NCBI GenBank assembly: GCA_963664405.1
Contig: OY761158.1
Location: 4,096,001-4,160,000, forward strand
DNA: 64,000 nt
Origin: Thermoanaerobaculia bacterium
Lineage (GTDB): Bacteria; Acidobacteriota; Thermoanaerobaculia; Multivoradales; Multivoraceae
Direction of reading: 5' to 3'
Made by a program: the position numbers and the translations under genes. Shown in pieces: positions 1-10,478 of the stretch (position 1 is its first letter; each line of letters begins with the position of its first letter). The notes below the pieces were generated by a model. It was not told the origin of the DNA, made no database searches, and saw only the letters and a list, made by a program, of their open reading frames with translations.

Positions 1-1375
1 GCTCATCGTCGCGGAAGTGCTGCAGAGCGCCGAGGTGATGAAGGCCGCGGTCTCGCACCTCGAGCCCCATATGGAATCGGCGGAGAGCGCCGTCCGCGGC
101 AAAGTCCTGCTTGCCACCGTGAAGGGGGATGTGCACGACATCGGCAAGAACCTGGTTGACATCATCCTCTCGAACAACGGCTTCAAAGTGATCAACCTCG
201 GCATCAGAGTGCCGAGCGAGCAGCTCATTCAAGCTATCCGCGAGCATCAGCCCGACGTGGTCGGCCTATCCGGGCTGTTGGTCAAGAGCGCCCAGCAGAT
301 GGTCTCGACGGCGGCTGACCTCAAAGCGGTGGGTATCGAGACGGATCTGTTGGTCGGGGGCGCAGCGCTCACACGGCGCTTCACTCACAAGAAGATCGCT
401 GCGAGCTACGGAGGACTCTGCACCTACGCCAAGGACGCGATGACCGGTCTGAGTTTCGTCGAGTCGCTCACCGACGGCAACCGTCGTGGAAAGCTCGAGG
501 CGGAAGTCGCCGAGCTGGTGGCTCGCGATCGGGAAGTGCAGGATGTGGGAAGTGCTCGGGCGGCGACGACTTCGACAGCTCCTTCTGAGGTTCGGCGTGA
601 CCTCGAGTCTCCGCCTCCCCCCGACCTCGATCGGCACACACTCGAGCTCGATCTCGACGAGGTTTGGGCACTTCTTAACCCCCAGATGCTTTACGGGAAG
701 CACCTCGGTCTCAAAGGCTCGGTGCGGAAACTGGCGGAGGCAGGCGATGCGAAATACCTCAAGCTGGAGAGGGTGGTTCGAGAAGTAGAGGAGGAGGCGC
801 GGCCGCTGCTCAGCGCGCGTGCGTTGTGGCGCTTCTATTCCGCACGTTCGGAGCAGAACCGGGTGTCATTGCTCGAGCCGGGTAGCGACAAGGTCGTTGC
901 CAGCTGGGACTTCCCTCGCCAGGCCGGGGGGCAGCGGCTCTGCCTGGCGGACTTCGTGCTTCCCGAGGATCATGTAGCCCTCTTCGTTACCAGCGTCGGG
1001 TCCGAAGTGCGTCGGCTCTCGCTGGAGTGGAAAGAGCAGGGTCAATACCTGAAGAGCCATGTTTTGGCTGTGCTCTCTCTAGAGACCGCGGAGGCAGCCG
1101 CCGAGTGGCTACACCGCAATTTGAGAGCGTCGTGGGGCTTCGCCGATGCTCCAGATCTCGAGCAACAGGACGTCTTCGCGGGCCGCTACCATGGCAAGCG
1201 TTACAGCTTCGGCTATCCCGCTTGCCCGGATCTCGAGGGGCAGCGCCAGCTCTTCGCTCTGCTGGGTCCGGAAAAGATTGGGGTGATTCTCACCGAGGGC
1301 GACATGATGGATCCTGAGGCCTCAGTGTCGGCCATCGTCCTCCACCATCCCGAAGCCCGTTACTTCGGCGTGTAG
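1..1375 (+). CDS. metH: B12-dependent methionine synthase, C-terminal part (truncated by window start)
   Basis: Cobalamin-binding motif ATVKGDVHDIGKNLV, SGLL motif, activation-domain RYSFGYPACPDL and canonical C-terminus HHPEARYF. Confidence 0.95.
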   Translation, partial: LIVAEVLQSAEVMKAAVSHLEPHMESAESAVRGKVLLATVKGDVHDIGKNLVDIILSNNGFKVINLGIRVPSEQLIQAIREHQPDVVGLSGLLVKSAQQMVSTAADLKAVGIETDLLVGGAALTRRFTHKKIAASYGGLCTYAKDAMTGLSFVESLTDGNRRGKLEAEVAELVARDREVQDVGSARAATTSTAPSEVRRDLESPPPPDLDRHTLELDLDEVWALLNPQMLYGKHLGLKGSVRKLAEAGDAKYLKLERVVREVEEEARPLLSARALWRFYSARSEQNRVSLLEPGSDKVVASWDFPRQAGGQRLCLADFVLPEDHVALFVTSVGSEVRRLSLEWKEQGQYLKSHVLAVLSLETAEAAAEWLHRNLRASWGFADAPDLEQQDVFAGRYHGKRYSFGYPACPDLEGQRQLFALLGPEKIGVILTEGDMMDPEASVSAIVLHHPEARYFGV

Positions 1376-1432
1376 TCTGGTGGTTCGCCGAGATCCGTGA
1401 GCTGGGGAGCGGATCGGACGCGAGAGCTTCAA

Positions 1433-1600
1433 CTAGTGGACCGTAACACCCAAACGATTAGCGCCTGAGCGGCCCTCGCGGCCGATCTCCGCGTTACGCT
1501 TCCTCGACATAGTCCCCGCTATGCCTGCGTCAGCGCGCCTTGATCTCGACCACGAATGACTCACTCAGCCACTAAACGTTCGAGTGTTACGGTCCACTAG
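1433..1600. mobile_element. Repeat family A copy 1: 168-bp MITE/ERIC-like element
   Basis: ~37-bp imperfect terminal inverted repeats starting CTAGTGGACCGTAACAC; 3 substitutions versus copy at 18248-18415; terminal CTAG contains the ABC-F stop codon. Confidence 0.9.
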
Positions 1601-3525
1601 CTGTCGACTTCGACTGCTGGCTCATGCCTGGCGAGCTCGTCTTCGAGACTCGCCCACTCCGAGAAAAGCCGATCTAGCTTCTCGGTCGACTGCTTCTGCT
1701 CGGTTTCGAGTCGGTGGACCTCGGTGCGCGGAGTGGACTCGAAGTAGCTGGGATCGCAGAAAGTCTCGTTGATCTCGTGGATGCGCTCTTCAGTCTCCTC
1801 GATCGCCGCGGTCAGCTCCTCTTGGCGACGCCCCAGGTCCTTAGCCGAGCTTGCCCGCGGCGTATTGCCTTTGCGCGCGAGTCGCTCGGCGCGCTTCTCA
1901 CGACGGCGCTGGGCCAGAGCTGTCTCGGCATCCAGATGATCGTCGCCGCAGCGCTCCAGGTACTCGTCGTAGCCTCCCTGGAAATCGTTCAGTCCCTCGG
2001 GTGTGATCTCGACGATTCGAGTCGCCAGCCGAGAGACGAACCATCGGTCATGAGAGACGAAGATGAGGGTGCCTGGGTAGGCTTCGAGACCCTTGGCTAG
2101 AGCGTCGATAGCTTCGAGGTCGAGGTGGTTCGTGGGCTCGTCGAGGAGCATCAGATTCGGCTTCGCGACGATCATTCCGCAGAAAATCAGCCGGGCTGCC
2201 TCTCCGCCGGAGAGGCTACCGATCCTTTTCTCGGCTTCGTCGCCGGAGAAGAGGACGGCTCCGAGGTGGCCGCGGACGAAGCCGATGGGCTCGCCCGGGC
2301 AGACATCCCACAACCATGCTTCGACCGTCTGACGCGGCGTCTCGAGCTGCTCTCGATGATCCTGGGCGAAGTATCCGGGGTGGGTCTCGTAGCCCCACTC
2401 GACACTACCTGAATCCGCCTCGACGTTGGCGGTCACAACCTTGAGCAGGGTCGATTTGCCGATCCCGTTGGGACCAATGATCGCGACGCGGTCGCCGCGT
2501 CTCACTTCGAGGTTGACGTCACTGAGGACCGGACGACCGTCATAGGCCTTGCCGAGGCCGCGGACGCGTAAGACCTCTTTGCCGCTCGGTCGCACCTGGT
2601 CGAAGCGAAAGGCTGGATAACGCCGCGAGCTCTTTGGCAGCTTCTTGATGTCGATCCGGTCGATGAGCTTGAGCTTGCTCTGAGCCTGGCGCGCCTTGGT
2701 CGCTTTTGCGCGAAATCGGTCGACGAAGGCCCTGTGGTCCGCGATCTGCTTCTCTTGTTTGGCGATCTCGGCTTCGCGGCGCTCCTGGTTCTCGACCTTC
2801 TGGCGCACGAAGGCGCTGTAGTTCCCGCGGTAGAGAAGAATGGTCTCGTAGTCGACATCAGCGATCGACGTGCAGACGTTGTCGAGAAAGCGGTGATCAT
2901 GGGAAACCACGACGGCGCAGCCGGAAAAGGAGCTCAAGAACTTCTCGAGCCATCGGATGGAAAGGATGTCGAGGTGATTCGTGGGCTCATCGAGGAGGAG
3001 AACGTCGGGCTCTGATGCCAGCACCTGCGCGAGGAGAACGCGCAGCTTGAAGCCTCCCGAGAGGGTGGAGAGAGGTTCGTGGTGGCGCTCGCTCTCGATC
3101 CCCAGACCTTCGAGAATCTCTCCCGATCGCGCTTCGAGTGCGTAGCCGTCGTGGTTGAGGATGATTTCCTCGAGCTCGGAATAGCGCTCGGCGTCGAAGC
3201 TGGTGTCTGCTCGCTCGAGGATCTTCTCCTTCTCGTCCATCGCCCGCCAGAGGGTCTGGTTGCCCATCATCACGACATGAATGATGGAGACTTCCTCGTA
3301 CTGAAAGTGATCTTGATTGAGCACTCCAAGGCGCGCTTTCTTCGGAATCGAAAGGGTCCCGTCGCTGGCACTCTCTTCGCCCGAGAGGATCTTCAGAAAG
3401 GTCGACTTGCCCGATCCGTTCGCCCCCACCAATCCGAAGCGTTCTCCTGGATTGAGTTGGAGAGAGACTCCTGAGAAGAGAGTCTGATGGCCGTATGACT
3501 TGCCCAGGCCGGACGTAGCGATCAT
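1597..3525 (-). CDS. ABC-F family ATPase (YbiT/Uup-like)
   Basis: Two ABC domains (GANGSGKST, LSGG, LLLDEPTNHLD; GPNGIGKST, LSGGE, DEPTNHLD), no TM segments, C-terminal coiled coil; start placed at MIATSGL. Confidence 0.92.
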   Translation of the reverse strand: MIATSGLGKSYGHQTLFSGVSLQLNPGERFGLVGANGSGKSTFLKILSGEESASDGTLSIPKKARLGVLNQDHFQYEEVSIIHVVMMGNQTLWRAMDEKEKILERADTSFDAERYSELEEIILNHDGYALEARSGEILEGLGIESERHHEPLSTLSGGFKLRVLLAQVLASEPDVLLLDEPTNHLDILSIRWLEKFLSSFSGCAVVVSHDHRFLDNVCTSIADVDYETILLYRGNYSAFVRQKVENQERREAEIAKQEKQIADHRAFVDRFRAKATKARQAQSKLKLIDRIDIKKLPKSSRRYPAFRFDQVRPSGKEVLRVRGLGKAYDGRPVLSDVNLEVRRGDRVAIIGPNGIGKSTLLKVVTANVEADSGSVEWGYETHPGYFAQDHREQLETPRQTVEAWLWDVCPGEPIGFVRGHLGAVLFSGDEAEKRIGSLSGGEAARLIFCGMIVAKPNLMLLDEPTNHLDLEAIDALAKGLEAYPGTLIFVSHDRWFVSRLATRIVEITPEGLNDFQGGYDEYLERCGDDHLDAETALAQRRREKRAERLARKGNTPRASSAKDLGRRQEELTAAIEETEERIHEINETFCDPSYFESTPRTEVHRLETEQKQSTEKLDRLFSEWASLEDELARHEPAVEVDS

Positions 3526-3582
3526 GGGCCCGAGGATATCAGCGAAGGCTGGTTGCGGCCGGCACAGCTTAGAATCATGAGC

Positions 3583-5976
3583 ATGGGCAAATCCGCGCCT
3601 AAGACCAAGCGGCGCCGCCGACCAGGACGGCGCAAAAAGCGAGGAAGATCTCGTTCCAGGTTTTCCGGGCGCAGGCTCGCCCTGGTCTGCTCGTCTCTCT
3701 TCGTTGTCGCCGGATTGATCTGGATTCTCTGGCCCTATTATCGTCTGGCAGGCCACTTCGAATCCGGCTCTGGCGCTGAGGTGTCGAGGGTCTACGGTCG
3801 CGCCCCGGTTCTGGCGCGCGACGCGCTGGCCCCAGGCGGAGATCTCTCTGCGCTGCTGCTGCGGCTCGGTTACAGGCCTGGCGCAGATTCTCGGCCGCTG
3901 CCTGGAGCCTTCCGCACCTTGAAGGATGGCGTGGAGGTTCATCTACGCTCCATCCCCTCCGCTGGCGGTTGGATCAGACCGCGCCTTGTCGAGGTGACGC
4001 TGTCGGGCCAACGAGTGCGGCGGCTCGTCGTTGATGGGGAGGAGAGCGCCAGCGTCTTCCTGGATCCACCGTTGCTCGCGGGGTTCTATGACGACGCCTT
4101 CGAAGACCGAAGTGCAGTGGCCCTCTCGGCTATGCCCCAGCAGCTTCTCCGTGCTGTGTTGGCGGCTGAGGATTCGACTTTCTTCGACCACCCCGGAATC
4201 TCTCTTGTCGGCGTCGTGCGTGCAGCTGTGACCAATCTACGACGCGGCGGAGTCAGTCAAGGCGGCAGCACGATTACTCAGCAGCTGGTGAAGAATCTTT
4301 ATCTGTCGTCTGAACGAACCTGGACGCGCAAGCTTCGCGAAGGCTTTCTCGCACTGCTGGTAGAGATGCGTCATCAGAAGCCGGCAATTCTCGAGGCCTA
4401 TCTGAACGGTATCTACTGGGGTCGCAGCGGCCGCGTCAACCTGATCGGAGTGGGCTCCGCCGCACAGGCCTACTTCGGGCGCGCCGCCGTCGAGCTCGAT
4501 CTGGCCGAGGCTGCGCTCCTGGCCGGAATGATCCGCTCGCCAGGCAGCCTGGACCCTCGGAGGAACCCGGAGGCGGCGCGCTCTCGTCGTGACGAGGTTC
4601 TGCGGAATATGAGGGATCTCGACTGGGTGAGTGACCAAGATCTCGCCGATGCACTTGCCGCTCCGCTTGTCGTTCGACCGGTAGATCCAGGACTTCGTTA
4701 TCGGGGATACTTCGTGGACGCGGTGGCCCATGAGGCCAAGGATAGCTTCGGTGTCGATGTCAGGTCCGGGGGGCACGTGCTGGTGACCACGCTGGCGCCG
4801 GGCGCGCAGGTTGCTGCCGAAGAAGCCGTAGCCGACGGCCTTGCCCGGCTCGAGGAGGGTGGTGCCGATGGAGGACTGCAGGGGATCCTGCTCTCGGTGG
4901 AGCCTGAGACGGGGGCCGTTCTCGCCTATGTCGGCGGTCGGGACTACTCTGTGTCCCAATTTGATCGCATCCGTCAAGGTCGGCGCCAGCCCGGGAGTGC
5001 CTTCAAGCCCGTCATCTTTGCCGCAGCCTTCTTGAGCGGTATCGCAACCCCCGCGACCCTGATCGAGGACGCTCCGATATCCCTCTCCTCCGGTGGCGAG
5101 AATTGGCGTCCGCAGAACTCGGATCGGAGATTTCGTGGTTGGGTCACGGCTCGCCAGGTTCTCGAGCAGAGCATCAACGTCCCCACGGTTCGACTCGGGG
5201 AGGATCTGGGCTGGGATCAGGTAGTAGCTATGGCTCGGGCTCTGGGCATTGCCAGCAGGCTCGAGCCACTGCCCTCACTCGCTCTTGGAGCGTTCGAGGT
5301 GACGCCGGCGGAGCTCGCGACCGTCTTTGCCACCTTCGCTCAGGGTGGCCAGAGACCCCAGGTCCACCTGGTTGAAGGCGTTCTCGGCCAGGATGGCGTT
5401 GCAATAGACAGACGTCGCCCGCTGACCACTTCGAGGATCCTTCCGCCGGAGATCGCCTACCTCGTCAACTACCAGCTGCAGGGCGTTCTGGAGCGGGGTA
5501 CCGGCCGATCTGCCCGATCACTCGCGATCTCCGAGCCGTTGGCCGGCAAGACCGGCACTACAAATGGGGGCCGAGACAACTGGTTTTCAGGTTACTCCCC
5601 CGACCGCGCTACCCTGGTTTGGGTCGGCTACGACGACAACAGCCCGAGCTCTCTATCCGGTGCCCGTGCGGCGCTCCCTATCTGGGCTCGTTTCACCGAC
5701 GAGACGCGCCCGCCGGGCGGGTATAGCGAGTTCCGCGCACCCCCCGGAATCCGCTTCGTCAGCGTCGACCCGCAAAGCGGCGGCCGGATCACAGATCTGT
5801 GCACCGAGGGCCTGTCAGAGGCTTTCCCGGCCGACGCTGTGCCCACTGAGAGCTGCTATCTCCACGGCGGTTCAAGCAAGCAAGCGAGCCCTCACACGGC
5901 GGAGGAGCCAGAGCCTCGGCGTCAACGCAGGTCTTGGTGGAAGAGGATCTTCTCGCCCAGGAGACGATCCGAGTAG
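3583..5976 (+). CDS. mrcB: Class A penicillin-binding protein (PBP1b-like)
   Basis: Basic N-terminus + TM, UB2H-like region, transglycosylase motifs EDSTFFDHPG and QGGSTITQQLVKN, transpeptidase SAFK, SIN and KTGTT. Confidence 0.9.
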   Translation: MGKSAPKTKRRRRPGRRKKRGRSRSRFSGRRLALVCSSLFVVAGLIWILWPYYRLAGHFESGSGAEVSRVYGRAPVLARDALAPGGDLSALLLRLGYRPGADSRPLPGAFRTLKDGVEVHLRSIPSAGGWIRPRLVEVTLSGQRVRRLVVDGEESASVFLDPPLLAGFYDDAFEDRSAVALSAMPQQLLRAVLAAEDSTFFDHPGISLVGVVRAAVTNLRRGGVSQGGSTITQQLVKNLYLSSERTWTRKLREGFLALLVEMRHQKPAILEAYLNGIYWGRSGRVNLIGVGSAAQAYFGRAAVELDLAEAALLAGMIRSPGSLDPRRNPEAARSRRDEVLRNMRDLDWVSDQDLADALAAPLVVRPVDPGLRYRGYFVDAVAHEAKDSFGVDVRSGGHVLVTTLAPGAQVAAEEAVADGLARLEEGGADGGLQGILLSVEPETGAVLAYVGGRDYSVSQFDRIRQGRRQPGSAFKPVIFAAAFLSGIATPATLIEDAPISLSSGGENWRPQNSDRRFRGWVTARQVLEQSINVPTVRLGEDLGWDQVVAMARALGIASRLEPLPSLALGAFEVTPAELATVFATFAQGGQRPQVHLVEGVLGQDGVAIDRRRPLTTSRILPPEIAYLVNYQLQGVLERGTGRSARSLAISEPLAGKTGTTNGGRDNWFSGYSPDRATLVWVGYDDNSPSSLSGARAALPIWARFTDETRPPGGYSEFRAPPGIRFVSVDPQSGGRITDLCTEGLSEAFPADAVPTESCYLHGGSSKQASPHTAEEPEPRRQRRSWWKRIFSPRRRSE

Positions 5977-6044
5977 CTGGTGCGAGCGCTGCGGGTGGGG
6001 CGCCTTGCCAGTGCTCCTTTGGCCCCGGTAGGATGCTCTGGTCG

Positions 6045-7235
6045 ATGTTCGATTCTTCGAGTTTCAGAGTCCGTTACAAGGCGCCGGTCGAGGAGCGGTG
6101 GCTGATTGCGCTTGGACCTGCGCTTATAGCACTCCTACTCGCGGTCACCGCTTGGAGTCGCTTCGTGGCTCCGCTACCGATGTCGGGTTACCTCAGCCCG
6201 GCGTTTTTGAATCTGCTCTTTCCAATCTCGTTGCTAGCGCTACTTGCGGTGCTCGTCGAGCTAGGTTTCGGGGCAGATGAAGGCTACCCTTGGCGCAGAA
6301 GTCTGGCGGCTAGTGGTGCAGGTGTGTTGGGAGGGACACTGCTCGTCGGCGCTTGGGGCAAGATGCTGGATCCCCTCGCTTTTCAGGGGACGATCGAGAG
6401 TGAGGGCCTGGCTACCTTTCTACCTGCCTCTGTCGTCGCTCTCACCGCACTGGGTCTGGAGCTGGGTCTGGGCAGCGCACTCCTGCTCGGTGTACGGAGA
6501 ATCTGGTGTCTGATCTTGACCGGAGCTCTCGTTGTCTTCTTTCTCTTCCTGACCGGACGAGCCTACTGGAGCTACCTGTCCGGAGTAGAAGACGTGGACG
6601 CATCATGCGGCTGCTTTGGAAATCTGCTGGATCGGACTCCCGATCAGGCATTTTGGCAAGATTTCATGTTGCTCGTGCCCGGGTTGTTGTTGGCGATGTT
6701 GGCGGTCGTTGTTCGGCAGTCTATGGTGCTGCGGCTGGTCTTTGTCGCCGTCCTCACTACCGCGGGCGTTACGCTGGCCTTCTTTGCGCCGGATCTTCCG
6801 CTGGATGGGCTGGCGACTCGACTGCGCCCCGGTGTCGAGATCGAAACTTTGTGCTCGGGAAGCGGCGCCGAGAGGCTGTGCCTACCGACTCTGATCCCGG
6901 AGCTTGCCGAAGGCCGCCATTTAGTGGTGATTGCGGATCTCGACGACGCCGCCTTCGGTGCCGAGGTGGAAAATCTGAACGACTATCATCTCGAGGGTGC
7001 CGGTCCCCGACTCTGGGTCCTGTCGGCTGCCACACCCGAGCAAAGCCAGTCTTTCTTTTGGCGGCACGGACCTTCTTTCGAGATCAGAGAGGCCCCTCCG
7101 GGCCTACTTCGTCCGCTCTACCGTAGTCTTCCAAGGTCGTTCATAGTGGCCATGGGCAAAGTCGAGCAGACCTTCAACGGAGTCCCGCCAGGGATCTTAT
7201 CCGGCGCCGCAGACGCGGAACCGTCTGCCCCCTGA
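6045..7235 (+). CDS. MauE/DoxX-family membrane protein with C-terminal thioredoxin-like domain
   Basis: Multiple TM helices, SCGCFG motif, C-terminal RSLP motif; start uncertain. Confidence 0.7.
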   Translation: MFDSSSFRVRYKAPVEERWLIALGPALIALLLAVTAWSRFVAPLPMSGYLSPAFLNLLFPISLLALLAVLVELGFGADEGYPWRRSLAASGAGVLGGTLLVGAWGKMLDPLAFQGTIESEGLATFLPASVVALTALGLELGLGSALLLGVRRIWCLILTGALVVFFLFLTGRAYWSYLSGVEDVDASCGCFGNLLDRTPDQAFWQDFMLLVPGLLLAMLAVVVRQSMVLRLVFVAVLTTAGVTLAFFAPDLPLDGLATRLRPGVEIETLCSGSGAERLCLPTLIPELAEGRHLVVIADLDDAAFGAEVENLNDYHLEGAGPRLWVLSAATPEQSQSFFWRHGPSFEIREAPPGLLRPLYRSLPRSFIVAMGKVEQTFNGVPPGILSGAADAEPSAP

Positions 7236-7250
7236 AGACAGGAGTTTTCG

Positions 7251-8090
7251 ATGTACAACCGAAGAAGAGCCATGCACCCGAACGCGCCTGGGCGTCCTGA
7301 GCTCCGGCCGAACAAACTCCTAGCCATGCTGCTCCTTTCCTCGATTCTCTTACCGGCCACCGTGGCCGGTCAGCTCATGGGTGGCTTTAGCCCCAGCGAG
7401 GACTACGTCGTCGAAGTCGACGGGGCGGTTTCGACGAAGGCGAAGGTGTACTGGTCCCAGTCTGCCCGCTCTTTCCTACTGGTGACGAACGATCTTTCGA
7501 GTCCAGTCCTGGTGCAGCCGGCAAATCGGCTGGTCAGGGGCGTTCCGCTCATGAAGCTCGCGGCCAAGTCGGATGGCTCGATCGATATCCTGGCGGGTGC
7601 TGCGCTCACTCCGAAGGCGACTCTCGCGGTCGATGCGGCGGGTGCGAGCTTCGAAGCTGACGGTCACAAGATACGGATCGCTCAGAAGCCGCCCCTTCTT
7701 GGCTGGCAGGATGCCGACAGCATTGTCGCGTACAGCTCGATGTACGCCACACGCGCCGCGGCCTACGCGCCTCAGCCGCGGGTGGTCGAAGACCTTCTCA
7801 AGCAAACCGAGGAAGTCAAGCTCACGGTGTTTTTCGGCTCCTGGTGCGCGTTCTGTCAACAGAAGGTGCCGATGGCGATGAAGCTGGCCAGCGAGCTGGA
7901 AGGATCGAAGGTCAAGGTCAATTTTTACGGCCTCGATCGCAGCTTCGGTAGCGATGTCGAAGCGAAGAAGCACAACATCAAGTCGGTGCCGACCGGCATC
8001 GTGACTGTTGATGGCAAGGAAGTGGGTCGGATCAATGCCGATGGGTGGAAGAGCGTTGAGGCGACGCTCAACCGGCTGCTGAACCCCTGA
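7251..8090 (+). CDS. Exported thioredoxin-family protein
   Basis: Signal-peptide-like stretch, FGSWCAFC CxxC motif, cis-Pro motif SVPT; GGAG RBS upstream. Confidence 0.8.
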   Translation: MYNRRRAMHPNAPGRPELRPNKLLAMLLLSSILLPATVAGQLMGGFSPSEDYVVEVDGAVSTKAKVYWSQSARSFLLVTNDLSSPVLVQPANRLVRGVPLMKLAAKSDGSIDILAGAALTPKATLAVDAAGASFEADGHKIRIAQKPPLLGWQDADSIVAYSSMYATRAAAYAPQPRVVEDLLKQTEEVKLTVFFGSWCAFCQQKVPMAMKLASELEGSKVKVNFYGLDRSFGSDVEAKKHNIKSVPTGIVTVDGKEVGRINADGWKSVEATLNRLLNP

Positions 8091-9342
8091 GTCTCGCGGA
8101 CAGGGTCCGAACCAGGTCGACCCCGCCGTTGGCCCAGCTCGCCGGAGGAGACTGTAACTTTCCCGGCAGGCAGAAGTGCGAGGCTCCCAGCCGCTCGAGG
8201 CGCGGTCTGAGCTTTTGTGCAGCAGCCCCTAGAAGCACAGCGCCTTGTAGCGATCCGCGCAGCAGCTTCAGCCGCTCAGGGACGATCTCCAGGGTATCGA
8301 CTGGATGAATTCGGATCGTACGCAGACCGGGCGAGGCTAGAAACTGCGGTCTTGGATCGACGATCACGGTGCCTTGGGCAAGAGGTAGCTCGATGAGATC
8401 GAGGCCTTGGAAGTGTGCCTCTTCCCGCGCCAATCGCGCACGAACGAGATCGCTGGATGAGACCGTGCCCGGTGGCAAGTCCACCGCTGCATCGGCGAGT
8501 GCCTGACCCATGGCTTCTGCGAGCGCGCCGATGTTGGTCTGGGCGAAGATCACTTGCAGAGAGAGACAGCCTCTCTGGTCGAAGAGGGCGGTGTCGCGTG
8601 CCAGAGCGCGGGCGGTTCGAGGTAAGTCGTCCGGGTCGGCGTCGCTCAACACGGCGAGGCTTGCGCCTGGGCCGAAGGGGAGGAGCTTTGGGGCCGAGCG
8701 ATCTTGGAGAGCAGAGAGGGTGTCGGCACCGCCGTAAGCCAGGACGTGGTCGACCGCCTCGCAGAGGGGATCTTCGAGGTCTCGCCGGCCCCCTGGCCAG
8801 GTCAGGGCGGCGCTGGCCGCGGCGACTGAAGGCTCGCGGCGCTCCAGGGCGTCGAGAAAGGCGGGAGTGAAGAAGGGTTCGGCCGTCGCCAGCTTGAAGA
8901 TCACGGGCTGACGGAGAGCCAAGCAGGCGAGCAGGGATTGCAGAGCCAGGCCAGGGATATTGGCGGCGAGGATGACGAAGCAGGCGAGCGGCTCTCTACA
9001 CTTCGCTGCGCGGTCGATCACGATCTTGCTCTCCCGTGCTGAGAAGCCCTCGAGCAGCGCGCCGAGACTTTCATTCAAGCACCTCTGAGAGAGGCCGCTA
9101 GCGGGCCCGAGGCGATCGTCGAGCCGGCGACGCTCGGGCGAACGTGGGTCCGCGAAAGCGGAGATCGTGTCGTTCCAGGCGCCGAGGAGCTGTTCGGTGC
9201 CGACGCTTCGCAGAGAGCTGGCGCCGTTGCCTGCGAGCTGGCTCTGGATCTGAAGCAGTGCGGCGGGATCCAGAGGGCACGGGTACATCAACGAGCTGCC
9301 GCGCACAGCCCGTGGTAGCCAACTCGCCCGCGCTTCGCTCAC
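8068..9342 (-). CDS. LuxC-like acyl-CoA/acyl-protein reductase (ALDH superfamily)
   Basis: AANIPG, AYGGADT, PFGPGAS and catalytic-Cys motif FDQRGCLS; start overlaps luxE-like stop. Confidence 0.85.
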   Translation of the reverse strand: MSEARASWLPRAVRGSSLMYPCPLDPAALLQIQSQLAGNGASSLRSVGTEQLLGAWNDTISAFADPRSPERRRLDDRLGPASGLSQRCLNESLGALLEGFSARESKIVIDRAAKCREPLACFVILAANIPGLALQSLLACLALRQPVIFKLATAEPFFTPAFLDALERREPSVAAASAALTWPGGRRDLEDPLCEAVDHVLAYGGADTLSALQDRSAPKLLPFGPGASLAVLSDADPDDLPRTARALARDTALFDQRGCLSLQVIFAQTNIGALAEAMGQALADAAVDLPPGTVSSSDLVRARLAREEAHFQGLDLIELPLAQGTVIVDPRPQFLASPGLRTIRIHPVDTLEIVPERLKLLRGSLQGAVLLGAAAQKLRPRLERLGASHFCLPGKLQSPPASWANGGVDLVRTLSARLRGSAAG

Positions 9343-10403
9343 GGGGCCTGCCGGAGCGGGCCCTGCGCTAGATCTTCAGCGGTGAGCGAGCAGCCTCTGA
9401 GCTCAGCCCCGGTGGCGCGGCCGGTAAGGCGGAAGCCACCTTGCTCTTTGCGCGCGATGTCCTCAGTGAGGAGGTGGAGTGCCGAGCCGATGTTGGCGAG
9501 ATCGAATAGCGCCAGCAGTCCATCGCCGCCTTCGCTCACCTCGTCCAAGGTTGCGGGGTCGAGGATGCGGGCTTTCATCCAAGGTGGGCATACGAATAGC
9601 CCTTCCGCCCCGCCGAGCAGGGTTCTGGTGTATGCCTGGCTGGTGAGCTCGGTCATGCCGTACTCTTCGACCACGTTGGCAACGCTCAGGCCGAGGCGCT
9701 GCTCTACCCGGTCATGGAGATGTGCGCGGTCGAGTTCCTGCGTTCGGGTCTTGAATCCACCGGTCTCGAAAATGGCACTTCCGGGCGGCAGCCTGAACGA
9801 TAGGCCGAGGCGATCGAGAACCTCGAGACATTGGTGCAGGCTGAGGGCGGTGGCGAGGATGAAGCAGGGAGTGCCGGCTCGTTGCCGTGCCCCGAGCCAC
9901 GACCTCAGAGTGGCGGGCTCGATACCGCGAGGACCCACTGCGTTCACACTCGCCTCGGCGCCGAAGGTCTCGAGCACGTGGTCGACCATGAACGAGAGGC
10001 TGGACTCGGGTGCCAGCTCTGCTTTCGGGATCAGGGAGAGCATCGGAGGTCGATCGCCTCGGGGCAGGCAGAAGGCGGGGAAGGAAGAGTCGATGACGGT
10101 TCTGTAGAGCTCGAGGAACGGGTGATGATGCGCGCTCCTTCGATCGCCTTGGGTCGTTCCACTGCTGTCGAAGACAGCTTGTGGAGGGGCTGCAAAGAGG
10201 TCCACCGACTTGAAGATCGAAGCGGGGACCGCCGGGATCTCGGTCCAGGACGCGACGCTGGCAGGTACCGAGCCGCGACGCTCACAGAAACGACGAATCG
10301 GCTCGACGCGGGAGAACTGAAAAGCAAAGGCCTCGAGCGCGACTTCCTCGAAGTGCTCCTCTCGGGGCGACCTGATGAATCGCTCTACGCCTTCGGGGAG
10401 CAT
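9339..10403 (-). CDS. LuxE-like acyl-protein synthetase
   Basis: FDSSGTT, ETGGFK, EEYGMTELTSQAY, DLAN and GRxxGAELRGCS motifs. Confidence 0.9.
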   Translation of the reverse strand: MLPEGVERFIRSPREEHFEEVALEAFAFQFSRVEPIRRFCERRGSVPASVASWTEIPAVPASIFKSVDLFAAPPQAVFDSSGTTQGDRRSAHHHPFLELYRTVIDSSFPAFCLPRGDRPPMLSLIPKAELAPESSLSFMVDHVLETFGAEASVNAVGPRGIEPATLRSWLGARQRAGTPCFILATALSLHQCLEVLDRLGLSFRLPPGSAIFETGGFKTRTQELDRAHLHDRVEQRLGLSVANVVEEYGMTELTSQAYTRTLLGGAEGLFVCPPWMKARILDPATLDEVSEGGDGLLALFDLANIGSALHLLTEDIARKEQGGFRLTGRATGAELRGCSLTAEDLAQGPLRQAP

Positions 10404-10478
10404 GCTTCGATTCTGTCATGAGGTGGGCCGACGAGGCTGATGATCTGGTAGAGTGTCGGCCTACCAAGCGAGGTTCTG

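Noticed and set aside
1433-1600. Integron attC site (GTAAC...GTTAC inverted ends)
   Set aside because: Ends do not fit RYYYAAC/GTTRRRY, neighbours are core genes, and no integrase is present.
8068-10403. Bioluminescence operon
   Set aside because: No luxA, luxB, luxD or luxG in the window.
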